From Trypanosoma brucei (Eukaryota), in assembly GCA_000002445.1 (NCBI GenBank), contig CH464491.1, positions 800,001 through 864,000 on the forward strand: 64,000 bases of DNA. Reading direction: 5' to 3'. Shown here in pieces: positions 12,001 through 22,844 of the stretch. Under the pieces are notes generated by a model. That model was not told the DNA's origin. It was given only the letters and a program-made list of their open reading frames with translations, and did no database searches. How positions within the stretch are numbered: position 1 is the stretch's first letter; each line of letters opens with the position of its first letter. The translations under genes and the position numbers were made by a program.

Positions 12001-12182
12001 ATCTCTTCGGGGGCTTCGTCATACGCCGGTCGTTGTGTGTCGAGATGCTCCTGCACTTGATAAATGAGGGTGGCCAGTCGTCGCATAACATCTGCTCGTA
12101 CCTGTGGATGAACGTTGTGTATTGTTAGGATGTTATTCACATCGCGCACCTTACTCTGTACACAAAGGAGAATCTTTCCCAT
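9072..12182 (-). CDS. Hypothetical 1036-aa protein with a coiled-coil segment (ERIKELEAELKRREQERSEAEEM) and a Ser/Gly-rich central region
   Basis: Long ORF that starts at an ATG (cat at 12180-12182) and has coding-like composition. I did not recognise a family. Confidence 0.7.
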   Translation of the reverse strand: MGKILLCVQSKVRDVNNILTIHNVHPQVRADVMRRLATLIYQVQEHLDTQRPAYDEAPEEICGVFVREIVQNVINSAIPLVELSTEGRRRVLLEERIKELEAELKRREQERSEAEEMLGRFRTVHDEMLHSYFREVLILRHQLHDCVTVMQRTRWGRMITLQCVPAELLNMAARGASRPVSGVVRTVEAPSKSKMEECGEVLPSGSSSFSGEESGTSGPLGMEDTHPGPGSIWSGSSPRQEASHADGEGLERRASVVSARFTQFRRSTGGKAGDTAPATPVSLSARSARFGGDREGIKLLTRRTVSVATQTAESVWGDPVNAIFDYEQYVRALTMEGLLGDEGKKLADTISSPGLSDEAARKALAEFLARRALGGILDKGDGCRTGLLSMLDQCSASVITAQIPTIVSHAQVLLRERLDELRHSVQMLRCQYNDDMNALRKAFEIIQGRVNSLLGFLETYAAEVRLITDFMEDPVKHLKGKHGEKGHVMDPRSRRVVASYFIDSDKGDPSTAAEGGGVVSDDKVDVFSVNSRSGRRREFNYWAKNEVVLGAKDAFARLQAASYSAVKRLFKGGKMYLGQGVGRRGMRGLCFGEGGEEGVGYMNGTKQYDSELGASPSADEEDEFLASLTREELLKLLVQRRLRRVALRARLSNCMKRLSSCSREGGEVDALQDILDEARYREDEVRSTTSTINKILALIGVTNDESDGEMAYFKKDLLFSPYLVNPAGCIGGDGQELVFVQVPVSAQHARSVYDSLMNNCTGYIVFNEEVIPIAQPLLTGSDYTTFNGNSRRPLRPRFLFTGSVVDYTRSVQLGRPLVGTDEPRNVCWDLENTQVPYTCTRVPTPESKKSVHYSTLTIPQLYQPPAEAYRPLPLVHHPNRSGNELVEEESITQEVHPPRVVQDIKVRNMKFRPPPERDLLPKTGINSPPKARLFYPEVHQPTAETKELFAVESLTLKHERRGIFDDEKMLKPKSRILSVISGEERCARVRDLSSKLKGHAKTSGSSITQCSAKIPSENFLRYRLPCLTQSEVSSGK

Positions 12183-12772
12183 CTTTTCTGCTTATTCGCA
12201 CTTTGCCGTATTTCTCTCCTTATTTTCTTTTTTTTTCTTTTCTGATCTTTATCAACTAAAACCAACCACACCCACCCCTGACCCTTTTTTCAGTTGTGTT
12301 CGGTGCCGAATCTGACTCTCTTATTTAAGCTTATGTACAAATGAATGGTTGCTGAAGCAGGATTTCTCGACAATGATATGTACTATGAACTCCCAGGCCA
12401 AGTTGTAGGGTAAAGCGGACACAACACCGCACTACCCTTCTCTCAAACTTAACTACTTGGCAAACCACACTTCAAACACACACACTTACACTCAATGAAT
12501 CCAACGAAAATAAAAATATTAAAAAAAAAAAGAAACAGCATAGAAGAAATAAAATAAAAGGGATGGGATGGGATATGAATGGAAAAGAGGGAGTTCGCAA
12601 AACAGAAAAGTCCGAACAGACTTCTGGTTACTACATATGATTCTTCTTTTCTTCTTAGTCTGTTTTAACCGGATATCATGTATAAGACGCTACTCCTAGA
12701 GCACATGGATGCGATTCCTTATGCCCGTACGTGACAAAACCCACACACGCATTGTTTGGTAGAAATAACGTT

Positions 12773-12800
12773 ACACACACACATACACACACACACACAC
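12773..12800. repeat. Imperfect (AC)n microsatellite
   Basis: Read directly. Confidence 0.9.
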
Positions 12801-13030
12801 AATTTTTACCTCACCGATGCGAATCCCTCTTATTCACCGACGGTCTTAACCCATATGTGAATGCAAAAGTGAAAAAAAACAGAAAGAAAATTTTAACATT
12901 AAAAAAAAAAAGACAAACCGTATTGAAGGATCTGCTTCAGTCCTTTACCGACCCATATGATCGCAGGACAAAAAACCTTTAGGTGGTAACACCTGAAGAC
13001 AGGCCGCGCGAACACGAAAGAAATGGAGAT

Positions 13031-13075
13031 TATATATATATATATATATGCATATATATATATATATATGCATAT
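13031..13075. repeat. (AT)9GC(AT)9GC compound microsatellite
   Basis: Read directly. Confidence 0.9.
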
Positions 13076-13198
13076 AATTTCGTGTATGCCTATGAGGAAA
13101 TGAGACGAAACAAGACGAAAGACACTACAAAACAGACATGTGAACATTTCCCCTGGGCTTCAAACCCTCTTCATCCGCACCTTGCAATTCAGTATACT

Positions 13199-13783
13199 TT
13201 ACAAAGCGCGTTTTTTTTCCTTATCTCTCCACTCTTTAAGCCCTCGCTCAAAGACTCCACCCACCATTCCATTCGGGCAGTAAATGCTCGTAACGCCGAT
13301 GCTCGAGACGTGACCGATGTTGTCCTGCTGATTATCAAAGAAAATAAAGTCAGAAAAATCACCCCTTACAGTCGGATCGTGCTCTTTCACTTTCTTAAGA
13401 ATAGTACGGTGCTGATTTTTCTTGTTTGCCTTATATATTTCCACTAAATCACCGAACAGAGAAAGCATTGGCACATCATTTCCTCTCTTGTCTCTGAACC
13501 GAAACAATTGCAGCAGTTCCATCGCCCATCGCGGCTCATCACAAGTAGAAGATATCGCCAAATGGGTGTTCCGCCATTCCTCAGTTGTGCTCAGCATTTG
13601 CAGCAACTCCCGCGTTTGACCAATAAGACGCACTTCCGTCCCTTTTTTATCAATAGCAATGCTTGAGTTATCTTTCGACAGCATAAAGGGAGCGCCACCA
13701 CCCCAAAGTTCATACATCTCAGGCCTCCACAATGTGCCATCAAGATCAAAAACAATAACACGAGGGGTTGGCTCAGTACTCAT
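13199..13783 (-). CDS. MDP1: Magnesium-dependent phosphatase-1 (MDP-1), HAD-superfamily phosphatase
   Basis: HAD motif I 'VIVFDLDGTLW' lies directly after the start, and the overall layout resembles eukaryotic MDP-1. The track ORF began at a TTG at 13927; the first ATG (MSTEPTPRV...) is at 13783. Confidence 0.8.
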   Translation of the reverse strand: MSTEPTPRVIVFDLDGTLWRPEMYELWGGGAPFMLSKDNSSIAIDKKGTEVRLIGQTRELLQMLSTTEEWRNTHLAISSTCDEPRWAMELLQLFRFRDKRGNDVPMLSLFGDLVEIYKANKKNQHRTILKKVKEHDPTVRGDFSDFIFFDNQQDNIGHVSSIGVTSIYCPNGMVGGVFERGLKEWRDKEKKRAL

Positions 13784-15120
13784 TATGTCAGTGAGATCTC
13801 TCAAATGCAAGTAATTATAATATACAATACAATATATAATTATATAATTATATATTGTACAGTTATATTTATAGCGTATGCGCGTTTCCTTTCGTGTAAG
13901 GAGGAGATATATAGAAAGAGATGACAAAAGATAAAAATAAAGAAAGATAGAGAGCTAGGAGAATTTGGAGCGGAAGACCATACACAAATAGAACTGCGTT
14001 GAGAAAATACATAGAACAATCATTTGAAGGAAAAAAGAAAGAGGAAAAGAAGTAATTTTGAAGTGGTACGAAACCGTCAGCCACGTGGGTGACGCAGAAA
14101 GAAGAAGAAGATACGAAAAAAAAACTGAAAGTGACCAAGTAGGTGAGAAACGACAACAACAAAAAAAAATGTCTAACACATAATAATAAAATGGTGATAG
14201 TAGTGATTGCAAGGGTGGTAAAAATGATAACAGTAATGATAATAGTGATGGTAATAATAATAATAAGGTAAGGGGGGAGAAACCACTAATTCAGGGATAT
14301 AAAAAGTAGCAACTATTCTTTCAGTTGTTATTTTTCTTTTCTTCATTGGTTGTAGCATTCATTTTTCTTGTGTTCCCATATATATATTTTTCATGTTCTT
14401 GTTTTCTTTTCTTTTTTTTAAAAAAAACTGTACTGATCGCCTTTGTCTTGGCTTATTAGTGTTGTCGTTTCTTCCTTTTTTTTTTCCAAACCCTCTTCCC
14501 TTCCTTTTATTTGCTTTGTTTCACCCACTTTCGTATACAATCCCATCATACTTTGCCCAATATTTTATTTTTGTTTATTTTAATTCTTCTTTGTAAGTTG
14601 TTTTCTCGCCAGAAAGTGCGCAGTTTTGCAGCTGACTTGACTGACGATGGCACCGGAGCGATCAACAGCCCCTGGATATCTAAACATGATTGTAATTGGT
14701 TAATATCAATTTTAAAAAAAAAAAACATTTTGAATATTTACAACAGTGTTAAACATCACCAATATTAATATTAATAATAATAACAAGAAAGAAAAGAAAA
14801 GATGTAATAAGACCACTTACCCCCCTCCCCTCCCCTCCCTTACCAGTCATTAGTCTGATTTTGTAATTTCTTCCCTCCCCCCCTTTTTTTTTTATTTGCA
14901 CACGTGTGTGGAAAAGGGCGGGAAAAAGGAAACACAACACAACACAACAAAATAAAATAGAATAGAAGGAAAGAAAAGGAAAGGAGAAAATACTGATCAA
15001 AACCCGAATACAAAAAGAAAACGTCTTGAAGGCGGATGGAAGAGGCCAGACTCCGCAGGTAAAGTAAAGAAAAAGTATTTTTTTTTTTTGTGCAGGGAAA
15101 AAATAAAGGAAAATTTACCC

Positions 15121-15160
15121 ACACACAAACACACAAACACACACACACACACAAAGACAA
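15121..15160. repeat. Imperfect (AC)n / (ACAAAC)n tract
   Basis: Read directly. Confidence 0.85.
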
Positions 15161-15264
15161 CGAAACAGATCGAAAAATAGATAGAAAGACCACAGGAAAA
15201 AAAAACATACAGACAGACAGACACAATTTTTTTTTTTTTAAAGCTGTACATGTAAGCATAAGAA

Positions 15265-15267
<3 letters not shown>

Positions 15268-15296
<29 letters not shown>
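15268..15296. repeat. (AT)14 microsatellite
   Basis: Read directly. Confidence 0.9.
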
Positions 15297-15446
15297 CGCA
15301 TTTACACACAGTGAACGTGCTCATGAAACACTCACATAAACAAACACCAAAAATAACAGTTTAGTTTTCTTCCCTTTTAGTTGCTGTTACTGTTGCATGT
15401 TAATCTAATTATTCTTTCTTTTTTCTTTCTTCTTGTCGAGGCACGA

Positions 15447-15474
15447 TCACAAACACAAACACAAACACAAACAC
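15447..15474. repeat. (ACAAAC)n hexanucleotide repeat
   Basis: Read directly: cacaaacacaaacacaaacacaaaca. Confidence 0.85.
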
Positions 15475-17306
15475 CCAAATAATTAAAAAAAAAAAGAAAA
15501 CAAGCACAAGTAAATACAAAAGTGGAATTGAAAGATAGAAAAAAAAACAGATAAACAAATAAGCGAATGAGAGCACAATGCGGGTTTGACATATCACGAT
15601 AAAAAAAAAATTCACATCATATATTCACTTGGGAGAGTGTACTGCGGTAAACACCACAACAACAGAAGAAGAGAAAGAGAAAAAGGAGTGCTTTAAAAAT
15701 AATGAATAAATTAATCATTTAATTATCAATTTATTTATTCATTAAAATTAAAAAATTAAAAAAACAAAACGAAGCAAAATAGTTCAGAAACATAACAATA
15801 GCTACTTTTTTTTCTTATTTATTTATTTTTGATATCACCCATTGTTACTTTCGACCTTCTTTACACCATTATTATTATTATTATTATTTATGCATTAAGG
15901 ACGTCCCATTCCTTACGGGGCGACCCCTTTGATATCAAAGTGCTGTGGTTACCTTTCTTTATATTATATGATTTAATGTATATTATTTATCCTCCTTTTA
16001 TCTCTTTTTTTTTTTTTTAAGACCGTAATATTTTGTCTCATATCTCATTTATTACCGCATCTTTTCCTCCTCCTCCTTCTCCTTGTCCTTTTCGCGATAC
16101 ATACGCCCAATGACAAAAGAAAAAAAAAAAGGAAACAAATAAATAAATAAATATAAAAACACCCGTACAGTTACCGCCATTTACTGAAGAAAGGAGATTT
16201 GTTTGAGAAGGTATAAAAAGGGGGGAAAAAAGAAGAAAGATGTTACAGATAGGTGGTAAAAAGATCTGGGGAAAATAAATAAATATTTTATACGTATATG
16301 TCTACATACTTTTGAAACATATATGTACATCTACAAATTAAATAAAATTTTTTTAAAATGCCATGAGCAACCCTTTAAGAACTTAAATGGAGAGGGTTCC
16401 CCCTAATCAAAACAAAAATAACACAAAAACAATAATAATAATAATAATAATAACTCACTTCAACTGACGTACCGGCGGTTGCTTTGAACTTTTTTTAACC
16501 AAAAAAAAAAGGAAAATAAGCGCGTCGCCCCTCCAAACCCTCATACTTGTACTTTATCAATTTGTAATTCCTGATCTTCTGTCTTTACAGAAAAAAAAAA
16601 AGAATTATCATTATTTGTTTCTTCCTTCTATCTTCCTTTTTTTTTTACTGTTTGATCTCACCGTTTTAATTTTATTTCTTCTTTTCTTCCTGCTTTTGAC
16701 GGAAAGGCTGAATTCTACAAAATTTGCCTCTATACATGTGTCCACTAGAGGTATCATTTACGTGACTTTATTTACACGCCTTCCTTCCTTCCTTCCGTCA
16801 CACACTCTCTCTCTCTTTTTTTCTCCTTTTCTCCTCTTTTATATTTAAAAACAAAATAACATGTTGGCGCCGTTTTGTTTCGTTTTATTTCACCTCTTTC
16901 TTTTATATGATCCACACCTTTATTGTATGGGGGGGGGAAATAACTGGAAACAGACAAACAAAAAAAAAAAGAACCACCTATTTTGTATAAGTGTGCGGAT
17001 ATGCGCGTGTCCTGTGAGTATTTATTTCCCTCTCCTCAACGTTTCCCACTACTTTATTTATTCTTTTCCTCAAAAACAAAATCAAAAACCAAAAGCAATA
17101 CACACATATATAACATGTAAATATATATATATATATGTATGTATATAATGTCGCGACACATCGTTAATTATACCCATCGCTCAATCATCTCCCCGTTCAT
17201 GAAGTTAATTTCTCCACCACCTCTCCAGAGACAAGCATATCCATTCATATATAAATAAATATATAAATATATAATAAATTTAATATATATATATATTTAT
17301 ATGTGC

Positions 17307-17323
17307 GTGTGTGTGTGTGTGTG
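17307..17323. repeat. (GT)8 microsatellite flanked by AT-rich (TATA/AAATA) tracts
   Basis: Read directly. Confidence 0.85.
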
Positions 17324-17571
17324 CATGGATGCATATATAAATGTAAACATACACGTCAACGTATTCGCTTTCTCCACAGAAACACAGACACACATCACCA
17401 CACTATCATACAGCAGCAAAATAGTTTTTAAAGTATTTAAAAGGAAAGTTTATATACACAGCCACACTTCACACAATTGAAGTATCACATCACTTTTGTT
17501 TTAATTTATTTAAATAACGACTCCTTTACACTTTTTCACTCATTTACTCATCCACTTGTTCACTCGTTTCT

Positions 17572-17594
17572 TTGTTGTTGTTGTTGTTGTTGTT
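17572..17594. repeat. (TTG)8 trinucleotide repeat
   Basis: Read directly. Confidence 0.9.
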
Positions 17595-17804
17595 TTTTGA
17601 TTTCTTTATTTTTTTCCCCCCGTTTCTTTTACTCTTTTTCTTCGTTCCTTATATCACTCCGGAATTCTCCCTTTTCCCTTTTCCCTCCATTCACTACTTA
17701 AAAGTGTGACGATTGGAGAGAAAAATACTTTTTTTTAAAAAAAAAAAGGAACGGGGAATCCGTGGGAGAGACTAAAAGCGATTGAACTAATAAAAATGAT
17801 GATG

Positions 17805-17856
<52 letters not shown>
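17805..17856. repeat. (ATA)17 trinucleotide repeat preceded by (GAT)3
   Basis: Read directly. This is the longest perfect microsatellite in the window. Confidence 0.95.
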
Positions 17857-17857
<1 letters not shown>

Positions 17858-19754
17858 TGTAATTATAATAATTATTACAACTATTATAATTATAATAATA
17901 ATAATAAAGTGGTGTATAAATAAATATATAAATATATATATAAATATATATAGATATAGATATAAGTAAAACAGAAAAAAAAAGACATAAAAGTGAGCTA
18001 CTCGGTAATGGAGAAAAGAAGCGGAATATACGTCGCGCTCATTTCACACATCACATCCGCGACATAATCGAAAATAAAAGAAAAACAAAACAAAACGAAA
18101 GAAAATCATGAAAACGGAAAAAGGGAAAAAATGAGAAAAGGGTAAGTGATGTGCACAAAAAAAAAAAAATCGTGACAGCAAAAAAAAAAACAAAAGAAAA
18201 CAAAAGCGCACTCTTTGACTTCCTTCTGCGCATACATCATTAAGGTAAAAAAAAAAAGAGGGATAGAAGAGAAACAGTTAAAATAAAAAAAAGAAGGTAA
18301 AAATAACGAAAGAAAAACAACATCAATAACAATAAAAGTAATAATAATAATAAAGAAAAAAAAGAGTTTTCAAAGAGGTCACACAAATTTGGTCACACAC
18401 GTCCCTCTTCCACACCACTTGCCGCTTTTTTTTCTTTTACTTTTTCTCGTCCCATCACTTCTCTTCTTTTTCTTTGTTTTCCTCCAAACAAAACAAAACA
18501 AAAAAAAACCTCGCCCGCACCCAATCAAACATTTAGTTTTCTTTTACCTCATGCACCTTCCCTCACACCCATCCGGAAAAAAAAAAGCGTACACACGCAA
18601 CCAAAAACGCCAAAAAAAAAAATGAGTAAGTAAATAAATATAAATGAATGTAGATATAAATATAAATATTCATATAATAAACGTGATACTTTGATTTATT
18701 CATCTACTCCCTTCAACCGCTCATTGACACACGTAACATAAAACAAAAATAAAAAAAACACCAACACACTACTGAATACCCATCGATCCCAATTCCTCAC
18801 GTTAAGTTCCCCTCCTTCAATCATTATAATCTTAACAGTCACAGCGCAGGGAAATTTTAAAAAAAAAATAAATCAACTGCAAAAAAAAAACCGTTTCTTG
18901 TTGATACTGGCGTTGTTGTTGTTACAGTTTTCTTTTTTCTTCCAAGGTATTGTTACTGTTGTTGCTGCTCTTTCTTTTTGATTTGGCTCCGTTTTATTCT
19001 TTTCTCATTCATCTCCTTCATTTATCTCGCATCACACATTTTTCTCCGCTTATACGTCCTTCCTCTCTCTCTCCCTCTCTTCTTCACCTCTTGTTACCAT
19101 TGCAGGCATCTGTTGACGATGAATTAAAATGTGAGAAACGCAAAAAGATGAAAAAGTTGAATAACAAAAGACAAAAGCATAAAGCAAAAGCAAAAACAAC
19201 AAAAAACAAAAAAAACAACAAAGGAAAAAAAGATGGTGAAACAATAGGTAGGACGTAGAAGCCAAATTTAGTGAAGAAAATTTGAGTGGGGAAGCACAAC
19301 CTTGCATGCAAGTTAAGAGCGACAGGGTTAGATGGGGAAGGAGTAAAAAAAAAAACGAAAAGAACCCAGTTGAATTACATGCTTTGGAAAGTGGAAAGAG
19401 CTAGAGCAAAAAGAAAAAAAAGGAACAGATGCGTAAGAAAACAAGGAAACCGGTGAGGGAAATGATAAAAAAAAACAAAAGATAAAAGCGAGCGAAGAGA
19501 GAGAGAGAACCGGATGGGAAGAAGAGGGAAGGGAATGGGTGAAAACAGGGGCGAAAAAGCGAAGTGGGCAAATGGTGTGGGCCGAATGTGACACTGCCTC
19601 CGTCCACGACAATGACCGAGTTATTAATGAACATACCACACAAAAGGGAAGGGGGGGGGAAAAGCAAAGATGGAAAACAGGGAGAGAAAAAAGAAAACGA
19701 AGACAAAAAAAGTTATAAAGAAAAAAAAACAATGGGAGGGCGCATTGCCCTGCG

Positions 19755-22064
19755 CTACACGAAAGTCCACACCCGCGCAACGCCGTCCTGTGAAGCCGTT
19801 ATAATCCGCCGCTCCACAGAATCCACGCGAATGCCACGCGAAAGTCCCTTCCACGCTTGCACATGGCCACCCAACACTTCGCCCAGCTTCCTCACATCCC
19901 AGAGATATAAATTCTCGCCCACACTACCGGCCATGTACATATCGTTTACATGCAAACCAGTTACGTATCCTCTAAGCTTCAATGTATGTGTTATATCCGC
20001 AGTGGACGTGCTGTTCGGTGCAATACCAGCAACTGGTTTTGGTGTGCGGTAATCCCAGGACAGGATAGTACTATCAAACGAACCGGTGAAAAAGTTATTG
20101 CTGTTCCGCACCGTCAGGGCTGGAAGCTTGCGTGTGTGCGCGGCAAACTGTACGACAGACAAACCCACATCCACATTAACAGCCATCACCGTCCCATCAC
20201 TACCTCCTACGAGTGCAACGGGTTCATTCCCAAAAGCATCCACAACTTGTGCATTAGCGGGGATGGAAATCCGCATGGAAGTATTCCCACCGCCGCGGAG
20301 AAGAAGCAACTCATGTCGCAGCCCCCCGAGTAGTAAAAATGGATATTGCGAACCGAGGCTTTTTACGTACGACAGACAGTAGGCATCATTACCAAGTGAA
20401 GCCGTGTAAGATGGTGTTAGCACGACGTCCTCTCCGCAGTCCAAATCGAAGGCCCACTCAACACACGTGCCGTCTTCACACGCAGTGGCGAAATGAAACT
20501 TGTCGTGGGAACTGAGATCCCAAATGGAACTGTCATGGACGTGGGTTTGCAACAGAGACTTACCAAATCGGTCCACAAAGTACACATTTCCCATGGAGGA
20601 GCCCACGGCAAAACGCCCGTCCTCACCAGCCACGTCTACGCATAGAAACCTATCACCCGGTACACCCGAGAAAGTGGCGCAGAGGGCCAAACGGCCATCC
20701 GATAAATGTTCCTCCCTCACCAGTTGTGTCTCGATCACTTCACGAGGGGCGATCTCCACTACATCCACTGCAGCATTAATTCGCACACGCCGTTTGCCCC
20801 TGCCTTGGCGTCCCGGATCATCTCGGTTCTCAGAGGTTTCACCAATGGTACAAAAGGAGCCCCCAGTAACGACACGATCCCGCGTCATGGAAGCTGTCAT
20901 GGTGTGTGAAAGCACTGTTAACGATGTGGAGAGGGACGACCGGACCTTCACCACCCGAGCGTGGTTTATGAGAAACCGTGGGAAGTGTGGGTGTGGTTCT
21001 AAGCATATAATGACCCTCGCCTTCGGGTTAAACCCCTCAAAGTTGCGCGCCCTTGCTTCCCTCATCAGATCCTCAAGTACGCCACAAGTGGATATGGACT
21101 TGTGAGCGTTCACCATGACGAACCATTTACCCTCCGTCATGGCGGATACGAACTGCTCTCCAAACTCCTCCGGTCTTGTTCTCCGGCGAAGCTTCGCGCC
21201 GAGATCAACTGTCAGAACGCTAGCTCCCATCTTTGCTGCAGTGAACTCCAGCTCAGCAATTGGATTCACATCTTGGTAAACACAAATAATGCACGAACCT
21301 ATTTCAACGCCATCAAGAGCAGCGGCTAAACTTCGTCGAATGGTACGTGAAGAAGATGCGGGACGGTGGCTCGACGAAGTCACCCCATTCGCGGAGTTCA
21401 TGTCGGATCCCCTTCCCAAAACTTTTAGTTGCTCAAACTCCAAAAGTGATGGCGTCAGGCCCTCGGTAATCGACCCGGCTTCCTTTCCAGGAATTTGGTT
21501 GACTTTACCGCTTAGCTCTGGTAGAGAAAAATTACTGAATGAGAAAGCCAACTGGGAGCCGCCTTCGTCATGCCCCACTTCAACTTCGTCACTGCATCTC
21601 TTCGCCACACTCGGAAATGAGATGGCGGCAGAAACGGATTCCGCCGGTGAGGACGACGCAGAAGACACCAAACTTGATGGCTTCTCCACATCGCTCTGTC
21701 GCTTGCCATTGGCGACTCGATTCCGCTGTGTCTCAGTTGGATTCTGTGGAGCAACGCTACTGGACACACCATTACACTCCACACTACCCCTCAATTCAAC
21801 CCTCTCACCGTAGCAGTCAACCCTCTCGAATGCAATCAGTACTGTATTCCCCCTCCGTGAATGCAGAAGCTCCCGCAATTCACCGCTATCCGTTACCATA
21901 TGACCATCCACGCCCACTATGCGTGTGCCGAAGCAAAGTTTTGACTTAACATCCTTATCCCCATCGGAGGCATGACATTCGATACGACAGTCAGCCGAGA
22001 TACCTACAGTTGCCACTAGACGTTCTACAGTTGTTACCACAATGTCCTCCGTTCCGGGTTCCAT
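19755..22064 (-). CDS. WD40-repeat protein (C-terminal WD repeats: 'WDLSSHDK...', 'ILSWDYRTP', 'LYLWDVRK', 'ASQDGVARVWTFV'); 769 aa
   Basis: The track start at 22136 is a TTG. The first ATG is at 22064 (METGTEDIVV...). The C-terminal half has classic WD/GH-WD signatures; the N-terminal half is unassigned. Confidence 0.7.
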   Translation of the reverse strand: MEPGTEDIVVTTVERLVATVGISADCRIECHASDGDKDVKSKLCFGTRIVGVDGHMVTDSGELRELLHSRRGNTVLIAFERVDCYGERVELRGSVECNGVSSSVAPQNPTETQRNRVANGKRQSDVEKPSSLVSSASSSPAESVSAAISFPSVAKRCSDEVEVGHDEGGSQLAFSFSNFSLPELSGKVNQIPGKEAGSITEGLTPSLLEFEQLKVLGRGSDMNSANGVTSSSHRPASSSRTIRRSLAAALDGVEIGSCIICVYQDVNPIAELEFTAAKMGASVLTVDLGAKLRRRTRPEEFGEQFVSAMTEGKWFVMVNAHKSISTCGVLEDLMREARARNFEGFNPKARVIICLEPHPHFPRFLINHARVVKVRSSLSTSLTVLSHTMTASMTRDRVVTGGSFCTIGETSENRDDPGRQGRGKRRVRINAAVDVVEIAPREVIETQLVREEHLSDGRLALCATFSGVPGDRFLCVDVAGEDGRFAVGSSMGNVYFVDRFGKSLLQTHVHDSSIWDLSSHDKFHFATACEDGTCVEWAFDLDCGEDVVLTPSYTASLGNDAYCLSYVKSLGSQYPFLLLGGLRHELLLLRGGGNTSMRISIPANAQVVDAFGNEPVALVGGSDGTVMAVNVDVGLSVVQFAAHTRKLPALTVRNSNNFFTGSFDSTILSWDYRTPKPVAGIAPNSTSTADITHTLKLRGYVTGLHVNDMYMAGSVGENLYLWDVRKLGEVLGGHVQAWKGLSRGIRVDSVERRIITASQDGVARVWTFV

Positions 22065-22833
22065 AGTTTCCCCAAGGCAGCAAAAACCTACGTGCAGTAC
22101 GATGTTAATAAGCGAACCAGCAAGTGGGAATCGCAACGATGGTAATTAGAAGGGAGTGCTAATTTACTCTTCCCGTTTAATAATCCCCTTCCCCCAACGG
22201 CACACGCACAAATCGGCACAAATTTAGCTGCTTACGACAGCAGCACACCTCAAGGAACACAAGTCCCACAGTCCTTTCCTCACGGGAACCACCCACGGCG
22301 GCACTCTGTCGCTCCCGCTAATAACTATTGTTGTTGTTGTTTTTGTTTTATTTTCTCTCTGCTCTTCTGTTAGCCGCCTCTTTCGTTTTTCAGCCTGCTC
22401 GCCCGCGTGGTGGTAGCCAGACTGACGGGTACTTGGTGATTGGTATGACTTACTGTTTTGATATATATAACAAAGAAAAGGGAAGGAACGATGGTCAAGT
22501 TGGGAAGAAAATGGGTGAAAAGGCCCTAAAATGGGATGAACTAAAGGAAACACACCAAGTGCCACGGCGGGGTGGGGAGAAAGACGGCTGCGGTAGTGGC
22601 AAAGGCAGTGAAAAAGAAACAACAATTTGGGAAAAGGGAGAGGAAGCGGCTTATTGGATTGCAGCAAGGTACCCTCTGCCGCTCCTACCATACTCGTTCC
22701 CACCATTTCAGCCAAACAGTGGGAAAGTAAAAAAAAAAAAGAGAACTCCTCATCGCCTTTTTTGTCGCCCTTCACCACATTTGCCTTTTTTCATCTGCTG
22801 TTTCTTCTCTACAACTTTTTTTTCACCTTGTCT

Positions 22834-22844
22834 CCCCCCCCCCC
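22834..22844. repeat. C11 homopolymer (G11 on the sense strand) in the kinesin-to-WD40 spacer
   Basis: Read directly. Confidence 0.9.

Noticed and set aside
14840-15259. Low-complexity ORFs inside the 14-19.7 kb desert, e.g. 14840..15259(-), 19328..19780(-), 19401..19706(-), 16615..16848(+) and 17477..17701(+).
   Set aside because: The translations are dominated by F/L/S/C/K homopolymeric runs that come from microsatellites and poly-A/T tracts, and they have no ATG context typical of the real genes. They are not coding.
18950-19258. A plus-strand polypyrimidine tract followed by AG and an ATG-initiated 102-codon Lys-rich ORF ('cctctcttcttcacctcttgttaccattgcag|gcatctgttgacgatg...'), resembling a trans-splice acceptor plus gene on the opposite strand.
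   Set aside because: The ORF encodes low-complexity poly-Lys/Asn/Glu from an A-rich tract, with no domain and no coding-like third-position GC bias. The polyY-AG resemblance is expected by chance in pyrimidine-rich spacers. I kept it only as part of the desert finding.
20500-21105. Plus-strand ORFs of 100-200 aa antisense to long minus-strand genes. This one is 201 aa; others are at 21289..21813, 11257..11700, 28413..28760, 43652..44167, 45764..46144 and 47854..48336.
   Set aside because: They lie entirely inside GC-rich coding regions of well-supported minus-strand genes (WD40, 1036-aa protein, RRM protein, ARM protein, zinc-finger protein, PRORP). Their amino-acid composition (R/S/P/A-rich) is typical of antisense frames in GC-rich coding DNA, and I recognised no motif.
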